A stretch of 64,000 nt of DNA from Gemmatimonas sp. (GTDB lineage Bacteria; Gemmatimonadota; Gemmatimonadetes; Gemmatimonadales; Gemmatimonadaceae). This document shows positions 48,066-55,241 of this stretch, one piece after another. The notes below the pieces were generated by a model. The model had not been told where the DNA came from, did not search any database, and saw only the letters and a list, made by a program, of their open reading frames with translations. The stretch covers positions 128,001 through 192,000 of the forward strand of contig JANNVQ010000029.1 in NCBI GenBank assembly GCA_031414535.1, in the 5' to 3' direction. The translations under genes and the position numbers were made by a program. Every line of letters starts with the position of its first letter. Position 1 is the first letter of the stretch.

Positions 48066-49070
48066 TCAGCGGCCCGCCAAGTACCCGAGGCTCCGCTCCA
48101 ACCCAGTCACCACCCGCGCGAGGCGGGCGTAATCGAGGGTGGCGGTGGAGTCACTGAGCATGTGGTAGTTCGGGTTGCGGAAGGTGGCGGTGCCGCTGAC
48201 CATGACCGCCGGGTATCCCACCTCCCAGAAGCTCCAATGGTCCGACCAGCCGACGCCGGGAAAGACATTGAGCGTAGCCGTTCCCACCGTCGGCACGGCG
48301 CTTTGGGAACGCAGATCTCGCACAAGGTCATGGACGAGCGCGCGCGATTTCAGGTTGCCCACCACGGCCACAAAATCGCCGACCTTTGGATAGAACCACT
48401 CCAGTATTGGTGGATAGCGCTGCGATTCCGGCGCGTCGGAGTAGTAGCCGATGGATTCGAGCGATATCATGGCGACGATGGCGTCTCCGCGTTCGCGTGC
48501 GGCGCGCGCGTAGACGAGGCTGCCCATGGAGTCCGTCCAAAACTGTGGCGGCTCCTCCATGGTGAAAGCCACGAGGCGGATGCTGCGGCGTGGCTGTGCA
48601 TCCGCGAAGCGGCGCGCGAGGTCGAGGAGCGTGGCGGTGCCGCTGGCATTGTCGTCCGCGCCGGGCGTGCCGTCCACGGCATCGTAGTGCGCGCCGATGA
48701 GCACGATGGAGTCGGGCCACTCGCTGCCGAGTATGGTTACCTCGATGTTCCGCACCTCACGCTGGTTGACCGTGTAGCGCTGGTTCTTCACTTTGTAGCC
48801 GTAGCCCTCCAGCGTCTGCTCGATATAGCGCGCTGCTCCCTCGAGGCCTTCCTCAGTCGCCCAGCGCGGACCCAGCGAGTCTACGAGCGTAGACACGTGG
48901 GTGAGTAGGAGGCCACGCGTCGTATCTTCGGCGGCGCTGAGTGGTGGCAGCGGTCGCGATTCGTACGATCCAGGCATGCGAATGGAGACAGCCCAGAAGA
49001 GTGCGAGCGGAATTGCCACCGCGAGTGGGTAGGCGATGAGCCGCTTGGTGACTGCTCGTGCGAGTGACAT
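48066..49070 (-). CDS. M28 family metallopeptidase, N-terminally anchored
   Basis: IGAHYD, GADDNASG, FTMEEPP, SLESIG, SDHWSF, NPNYH. Confidence 0.9.
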   Translation of the reverse strand: MSLARAVTKRLIAYPLAVAIPLALFWAVSIRMPGSYESRPLPPLSAAEDTTRGLLLTHVSTLVDSLGPRWATEEGLEGAARYIEQTLEGYGYKVKNQRYTVNQREVRNIEVTILGSEWPDSIVLIGAHYDAVDGTPGADDNASGTATLLDLARRFADAQPRRSIRLVAFTMEEPPQFWTDSMGSLVYARAARERGDAIVAMISLESIGYYSDAPESQRYPPILEWFYPKVGDFVAVVGNLKSRALVHDLVRDLRSQSAVPTVGTATLNVFPGVGWSDHWSFWEVGYPAVMVSGTATFRNPNYHMLSDSTATLDYARLARVVTGLERSLGYLAGR

Positions 49071-49126
49071 TTCAGAGCACCGGCGATTGGCGTGAGGGCT
49101 TTCCGTCGCTAAAGTATCATCAGAGC

Positions 49127-50101
49127 ATGCCTACGTCACGCCGCGTCCTGCTGTTTGGCGCCACTGGTACCATTGGCCGCGCCACGCTGCGCGCGCTCGT
49201 GGCCGAGGGGCACGAGGTCGTATGCCTCGTGCGCGCGTCCACGAATGCGGCATTTGCGAGCAGTATGGCTGGGGTCACGGTCCGCCACGGTAACGTGCTA
49301 GACGCCGACTCGCTCAGACGCGACGGATTTCGCGGCGAGCACTTTGACGCAGTGGTCTCCTGCATGGCCTCGCGCAGCGGCACACCTCGTGACGCGTGGG
49401 CGATTGATCATCAGGCACACATGAACGTCCTCGCTGCGGCGAAAGAGGCGGGCGTACGGCAGATGATTCTGCTCTCGGCCATCTGCGTGCAGAAGCCTTT
49501 GCTGGAATTTCAGCGAGCGAAGCAGGCCTTTGAAGCGGCGCTCATGACATCTGGACTCACGTGGTCCATCGTCCGCGCGACGGCCTTCTTTAAGTCGCTG
49601 TCTGGGCAAGTGAAGCGCGTGCAGGCGGGCAAGCCCTTCCTCATCTTCGGCGACGGCGAGCTCACGGCCTGCAAACCGATTAGCGACAATGATCTTGGGG
49701 CCTTCATTGCCTCCTGTGTGAGCGATGCATCACGGCAGAACTGCATCTTGCCCATCGGTGGCCCCGGCGAGGCGCTTACGCCGAAGCAGCAGGGTGAGCT
49801 GCTTTTTGCCCAAGCCGGCCGCGTACCGCGGTTCAAGCAAGTGCCCGTCGCGCTACTCGATGTGATCATCACGGTGCTCAGTACACTAGGCCGCGTGATT
49901 CCTCCGCTAGCGGACAAGGCACAACTCGCCCGCATCGGGCGCTACTACGCCACGGAGTCCATGCTGGTGTGGGATGCCAAACGTGGGCGCTATGATGCGG
50001 CAGCTACGCCCTCGTTCGGCACCGACACGCTAGGCGAGCACTACGCCAAGCTCTTGCGCGGCGAGTTGACGGACGATCGCGGAGAGCACGCGGTGTTCTA
50101 G
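49127..50101 (+). CDS. bciA: NADPH-dependent 3,8-divinyl (proto)chlorophyllide 8-vinyl reductase
   Basis: GATGTIG, VVSCMASRSG..DAWAIDHQA, LLSAICVQKPLLEFQRAK, SIVRATAFFKSL, FGDGELTACKPIS, RIGRYYATESMLV are typical of BciA/DVR. Confidence 0.88.
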   Translation: MPTSRRVLLFGATGTIGRATLRALVAEGHEVVCLVRASTNAAFASSMAGVTVRHGNVLDADSLRRDGFRGEHFDAVVSCMASRSGTPRDAWAIDHQAHMNVLAAAKEAGVRQMILLSAICVQKPLLEFQRAKQAFEAALMTSGLTWSIVRATAFFKSLSGQVKRVQAGKPFLIFGDGELTACKPISDNDLGAFIASCVSDASRQNCILPIGGPGEALTPKQQGELLFAQAGRVPRFKQVPVALLDVIITVLSTLGRVIPPLADKAQLARIGRYYATESMLVWDAKRGRYDAAATPSFGTDTLGEHYAKLLRGELTDDRGEHAVF

Positions 50102-52194
50102 GGAGCCGTAGCGAGCGCCGCAATCAAGGCGGAGAGTCGCTGGAGATCAGCGAGGTCCAGGACCTCACCAGGCGCATGGCTGTACCGGCCCGGCCATGAG
50201 ATTGGCACATTAGGCGCGCCGTAAAAGCTGAAGGCGGTTCCATCGGTGCCGCCTTGTGTGAGTCCAATCTGCAGGGGAATGCCCGCGCGTTGTGCAATGG
50301 CGATGACTTCCGCGCGCGCGCGCGGTGGAGCCATGCTGCCCGACTCAATTCCTCGTAGCACGGGACCCGCTCCAAGCGGCGCAAAGGCAAAGTGCGGTGA
50401 CTCCAGCGGCGTGTCGGAGCTCACGAAGGTGTCAATGCTGTGCACGCGCTTCACATTGGCGCCAATGCGCGCCGCGAGCGCCTCTGCGCCCTCGAGCCCA
50501 ACCTCCTCGGCGGTGGACCACACAAACAACACACGTCGCTTGAGCGTGGCAGGATTCACGGCATCAAGCGCGCGGAGCAGGGCCACCGAGCCAGCGCGGT
50601 CATCCATTGCGCGTCCTGTAAATCGTGAGCCCGCCAACCGCACGGCATCCTTGTGCGCGGTGACGCCATCTCCCACGCGGACGCCCTGCGTTACCAGTGT
50701 GGCGGAATCCATGCCGAACCAAGCGGTCATGCGCTCCGGACGCTTCGTGCGTGCCGTCTCGCGAGGAATGAACACACCGGGGAGGGATGCGCGTGGGGGC
50801 GTCGTGCCCTGGCGCGCGAAGTGCAGCAGGGCGGGTTGACCTTCCCAAGCTGAGGCCACCGTGCCACCGCGTGCACGCAGCGTCACGATGCCGTCCGCCG
50901 CGATTGAGACCACATCGTATGACACTTCATCCATATGCGCGATAAAGACCAGCGTGTCGCGCTCCGGGCCCATGCCGACAATCAAGTTGCCCGCGTCGTC
51001 AGTGACGGCGGTGCTTCTCGCCCACGCGGGCATGGCGCTGCGGATAGCATCGCGCACGCGCCATTCGTCGTGGGGCACACCGGGGAGATCGGCCAGTAGC
51101 TTTAGTTGCGCCGCTAGAGCGGAGTGACTGTCGCTGCGCGCGCCATTTGTTGCGGCGGCGGATGCTGGGGCTGCAATCCACGGCGAGGACGGCAGGGACG
51201 CGCGATCCACAGCGCCCGCACCGAGCACATCGCTCAACAGGTTCGAGGCCGCGCCCTCGTCAATCGTTTCAACAAGTGAACCCGCATAGCGAAGCGCGGG
51301 CGCAATCACACGGATGGAGTCCTGCTTAGCCGTGGCGAACACCGCCGCGTTAGGAGCACCAGCAGCGCCGGCGCGCAGCCAGCGTGTGCCCTGCAGGGCG
51401 CGTCCCGCCGTCACGATGCTGACTTCATCTACTCCACCGAGTCGCGTGATGGCACTACCGAGGCCAACCCATCCGAAGACGCTTTGCGTGGTCATCAGGA
51501 AGATGGTTTCGCCACTGCGCACGTTGCCACGCGCCGCTGCCGCTACCGCGGCACAGCCCGCGCGCGCGCCTACGGCATTTCCCGCCACTCCGCCCGCGAA
51601 GGCCCAAGCCGGCACGCGCCGCTCCACGGGGTCAAGCAAGCGGATGCCCAAGGCCTCCACCTCCGCGCGGTTCTTTGCGCCCACGTCGAGCCAGAGATCG
51701 TCCGCGCTCACCACCAATGAGTCCGCACGGTGCTGCTGGGCAAAGTGGCCGTTGGCCACTGCGATCACTCCCGGCACCACATCCGTCGCGGTGAAGATGT
51801 TGACCTGCTGCGCCTCGTGTGCCTGATCGAACAGCGGGTGCCCCGCGCTGCTGCCCACTCGATGCAGGCGCAGATAGCCCTCGTCGGTGATCTGCGTGAC
51901 GGCGAACCCGCTACGATCGAGCGCGCAGGCCACCACGCGGCGTGGACGGCCACTGCCGCGGCGGTTCATGAGATTACCGGCGGCGTCCTGTTGCCAGCCC
52001 GTCAGGCTTGCGGCCAGGGCTGCGCTGGTCCGAGATTCGTGGCCGGTGGGCGCCGCAATCTGCTGCCAGCTTACCAAGGCCTGCTGTAGCGAGGTCTGTG
52101 CCGCCGCAGTCGAGGGCAGCGAAGCCGTCAGCGCCCAGAATCCGCAATGCAGCAGTGTGGTTAGCAGGGAAGGGCGGCGGCGCGAAGAGGTCAT
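50098..52194 (-). CDS. Secreted M42/M20-clan metallopeptidase with two tandem peptidase domains
   Basis: Signal peptide; C-terminal copy AHMDE, DDRAG, EEVG, IDT, YSH; N-terminal copy has CALD, GARAG, QSVFG at the same positions. Confidence 0.85.
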   Translation of the reverse strand: MTSSRRRPSLLTTLLHCGFWALTASLPSTAAAQTSLQQALVSWQQIAAPTGHESRTSAALAASLTGWQQDAAGNLMNRRGSGRPRRVVACALDRSGFAVTQITDEGYLRLHRVGSSAGHPLFDQAHEAQQVNIFTATDVVPGVIAVANGHFAQQHRADSLVVSADDLWLDVGAKNRAEVEALGIRLLDPVERRVPAWAFAGGVAGNAVGARAGCAAVAAAARGNVRSGETIFLMTTQSVFGWVGLGSAITRLGGVDEVSIVTAGRALQGTRWLRAGAAGAPNAAVFATAKQDSIRVIAPALRYAGSLVETIDEGAASNLLSDVLGAGAVDRASLPSSPWIAAPASAAATNGARSDSHSALAAQLKLLADLPGVPHDEWRVRDAIRSAMPAWARSTAVTDDAGNLIVGMGPERDTLVFIAHMDEVSYDVVSIAADGIVTLRARGGTVASAWEGQPALLHFARQGTTPPRASLPGVFIPRETARTKRPERMTAWFGMDSATLVTQGVRVGDGVTAHKDAVRLAGSRFTGRAMDDRAGSVALLRALDAVNPATLKRRVLFVWSTAEEVGLEGAEALAARIGANVKRVHSIDTFVSSDTPLESPHFAFAPLGAGPVLRGIESGSMAPPRARAEVIAIAQRAGIPLQIGLTQGGTDGTAFSFYGAPNVPISWPGRYSHAPGEVLDLADLQRLSALIAALATAP

Positions 52195-52276
52195 TGTTGG
52201 CGGCGTTGGGAAGGGATGGAGGCCTGGGGCAAACATACTCTTGCCCCCTCCGTATCGTCAGGCAGATTTCTTCTAC

Positions 52277-55189
52277 GTGACTCCCCTCCCAGATCGTCTT
52301 GTCGCCGCCTTGGCTGACCGCTACCGCCTCGAGCGCGAACTCGGCGCGGGCGGAATGGCTACGGTGTACCTGGCGCAGGATCTCAAGCACGATCGAAAGG
52401 TCGCCATCAAGGTCCTGCGGCCAGACCTCGCGCGATCGCTCACGGGTGATCGCTTCCTGCGCGAAATTGCGATCACGGCGCGCCTCAACCATCCGCATAT
52501 CCTCACACTGCTCGACTCGGGAAGCGCCGAGAGTGGCGAGATACTCTACTACGTGATGCCGGTTGCCACTGGCCAGTCGCTCCGCGACCGCCTCGCGAGC
52601 TGCGGGGCTCTGTCGCCGGCGGAGGCTCTGCGCATCGCCGGTGACGCCGTGGAGGCGCTGGTTCACGCGCATTCCTGCGGCGTGGTGCATCGCGACATCA
52701 AGCCCGACAACATCCTGCTCTCCGAAGGCCACGCTATCGTGGTGGACTTTGGTATCGCCAAGGCGGTCGGAGCGGCGCGCGAGACTCAGACTCTCACGAG
52801 CGAAGGGACATCGCTTGGTACGCCCGCCTATATGGCGCCAGAGCAGGCGGCTGGGGAGGCCGATGTTGATCATCGGGCTGACGTGTACGCTGTGGGCGCC
52901 GTGTTGTTCGAGATGCTCGCTGGCGCGCCACCGTTCACCGGAAGCTTCCAACAGGTCGTGATGGCGAAGATGGCGAAGGATGCGCCCGCTCTTTCGACAA
53001 CGGCACCAACGCTCGCACCGGCCTTGGTGCAACTCGTGGCCCGCTGCCTCGCGCGCGATCCCACGCGGCGCCCCGCGACGGCCGAAGCTTTGCTCGCTGA
53101 ACTGCGTGCACTGGCACAGCCCGATGCCAGGACCCACAAGCAAAGCGTTCGCACGCAGGTACTCGCTACGACAATCGCCGTGGCGGCGGTCGTGATTCTT
53201 GGCGCGGTGTTCTTTGGAGATCGCCGTGCGCGCTGGGTGCAGGACAGCGCGTTGCCAGAAATTGCACGGCTGATTGAGGCCGACGAACTCGATTCAGCCT
53301 ACGCACTTGCTGAAAGAGCCGAGGCTCGTGCGCCGGGCGACTCGGCCCTGGCGGCCCTGTGGCAGAAGATCGCTATGACGCAGGAATTCCTCAGCGAACC
53401 CAGCGGTGCTCTGGTGACGCGTGCCGCGGTGAACGACACGACTCAATGGGTTGCGGTCGGGACCACACCAACCGGACCGGTTCGTGTGCCACGCAATGCG
53501 TGGTTCTATCGCTACTCGCTGCCCGACCATCGCCCATTGACGATTATGGGTGCTCGACTGGGTGGAAGCTACGCACCCATTCCCAGTCCTGTGCCTTTGC
53601 AGAAGCGAAGCGATCCCGATTCCGGGATGGTGTTGCTGCGTGGGCGCGGCCTTGTCTCGACCCTGTATGGGGTCTCGTCGGGTGAGGCCCTCGATCTCGC
53701 GGACTTCTTGATGGACAAACTCGAAGTCACGAACCGTGAATATCAGGCATTTGTGAATGCTGGCGGCTATCGCGACGCGAAGTGGTGGGATTCGACAATC
53801 GTCAGCGATGGTCGTGCCATCGAGTGGCGCACAGCGATGGCGCGCTTCGTTGACGAGACTGGTCGCCCTGGTCCTGCGGCTTGGGAGGGCTCCGCGCCAA
53901 AGCCGGGTACGGAAGACCTCCCAGTGGGTGGTGTGAGTTGGTACGAGGCGCGCGCCTATGCGCGCTTTGTCGGGAAGAACTTGCCGACGGTGCTCGAGTG
54001 GAATGCGGCAGCTATCCCCGAAGCGGCGCGCTGGGTGGTTCCCAATGGGCGCTACGATTCCGAGGGGCCAGTGCGCGGCGGCGCCGCCGGCGGTGTGAGT
54101 CCGCGCGGCATCTACGATATGGCGGGCAACGTTCGTGAGTGGGCGGCCAACGCGCGCGAGCCAGGCAAGCGCTTCATCCTTGGCGGTGGCTGGTCCGATC
54201 CCGCCTATCTCTTTTCCGAAGCTTATACCGCGCCGGAGTTCGATCGCTCCGCGATCAACGGCATCCGCCTGGTGCGCCGGCTGAGTGATGCACCCGCACT
54301 CACCCTTGCGCTCGCGCCCCTTTCGCGCGGAGCACGTGACGTCGTCAATGCAAAGCCAGTGGACGACGCGACCTTCCGCGGTTTCCTCGCCCTGTACGAC
54401 TACGATCGAAGGCCTCTCAATGCGGAAGTGACGGCGCGCGACAGTACGCACCCTGACTGGGTCCGCGAAGACGTCGTCTTCGACCTGCCCAGCGGTGGCC
54501 CGCGGATGGCGCTTGCGATGTTTCTCCCCAAGAGAACTGCGCCACCATACCAAACCATTGTGATTTGGCCGGCTTCCGACGCCTTTATCAGTAGCGATTC
54601 GCGAAAGCTCTCGATGAGCTATGTGGACTTTCTCATTCGTAGTGGCCGCGCCGTCGTGTATCCCATCTACGAGCACACGTACGGAAGAGGCGTGAGCCTG
54701 AGCGCGGATAAGCCCTCGGCGACCATCGAACACCGCGACCAGATGCTGCGGTGGACCACGGAGATGCGACGTTCGATTGACTATGCATTCTCGCGGACGG
54801 ACATCGATAGCACGCGACTCGCCTACGTAGGTACCAGTTGGGGCGCACGCATTGGCGGCACCGTCCTCGCAGTCGAGCCGCGTATTCGAACAGCGATTCT
54901 CAATGTGCCGGGATTCAACGCGGCAATGGTACGCCCCGAGGAGGATCCGCTCAACTTCCTCCCTCGTATTCGCATTCCCGTACTAATGCTCAGTGGCCGG
55001 TACGACAGCGTTTACCCCTATGAGTCGTCGCAAGCACCCTTCTTCCGTTTGCTCGGATCGCCCCCTGACGAGAAGAAGCAAGTGATGTTTGAGGGCGGGC
55101 ACTTTCTCCCGCGTCCGATGTGGGTGGCCGAGTCGACGCGCTGGCTGGACGAGCGATTTGGTGCGGTAACTCCTCGTACAAACGACTGA
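52277..55189 (+). CDS. Ser/Thr kinase 11: kinase-TM-FGE-fold-alpha/beta hydrolase fusion
   Basis: HRDIKPDN, DFG, APEQ; TM IAVAAVVILGAVFF; EVTNREY, VSWYEARAY, LPTVLEW, YDMAGNVREW; GTSWG, GRYD, GGH triad. Confidence 0.9.
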   Translation: MTPLPDRLVAALADRYRLERELGAGGMATVYLAQDLKHDRKVAIKVLRPDLARSLTGDRFLREIAITARLNHPHILTLLDSGSAESGEILYYVMPVATGQSLRDRLASCGALSPAEALRIAGDAVEALVHAHSCGVVHRDIKPDNILLSEGHAIVVDFGIAKAVGAARETQTLTSEGTSLGTPAYMAPEQAAGEADVDHRADVYAVGAVLFEMLAGAPPFTGSFQQVVMAKMAKDAPALSTTAPTLAPALVQLVARCLARDPTRRPATAEALLAELRALAQPDARTHKQSVRTQVLATTIAVAAVVILGAVFFGDRRARWVQDSALPEIARLIEADELDSAYALAERAEARAPGDSALAALWQKIAMTQEFLSEPSGALVTRAAVNDTTQWVAVGTTPTGPVRVPRNAWFYRYSLPDHRPLTIMGARLGGSYAPIPSPVPLQKRSDPDSGMVLLRGRGLVSTLYGVSSGEALDLADFLMDKLEVTNREYQAFVNAGGYRDAKWWDSTIVSDGRAIEWRTAMARFVDETGRPGPAAWEGSAPKPGTEDLPVGGVSWYEARAYARFVGKNLPTVLEWNAAAIPEAARWVVPNGRYDSEGPVRGGAAGGVSPRGIYDMAGNVREWAANAREPGKRFILGGGWSDPAYLFSEAYTAPEFDRSAINGIRLVRRLSDAPALTLALAPLSRGARDVVNAKPVDDATFRGFLALYDYDRRPLNAEVTARDSTHPDWVREDVVFDLPSGGPRMALAMFLPKRTAPPYQTIVIWPASDAFISSDSRKLSMSYVDFLIRSGRAVVYPIYEHTYGRGVSLSADKPSATIEHRDQMLRWTTEMRRSIDYAFSRTDIDSTRLAYVGTSWGARIGGTVLAVEPRIRTAILNVPGFNAAMVRPEEDPLNFLPRIRIPVLMLSGRYDSVYPYESSQAPFFRLLGSPPDEKKQVMFEGGHFLPRPMWVAESTRWLDERFGAVTPRTND

Positions 55190-55241
55190 GACCTACGATG
55201 ATTCATCTCTGCTCGTGCAGTATTCTCGTTTTGGAATCGCG

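Noticed and set aside
12578..52276. Long N-terminal extensions in the ORF track (12578, 18795, 21389, 51887)
   Set aside because: They overlap neighbouring genes; paralog alignment and start/stop overlaps support 12656, 19002, 21668 and 52277.
53294..54733. 479-aa minus-strand ORF
   Set aside because: Arg/His-rich antisense shadow of the kinase-FGE-hydrolase gene.
43184..55189. Diversity-generating retroelement acting on the FGE-fold domains
   Set aside because: No reverse transcriptase and no template/variable repeat pair with adenine-specific mismatches seen.
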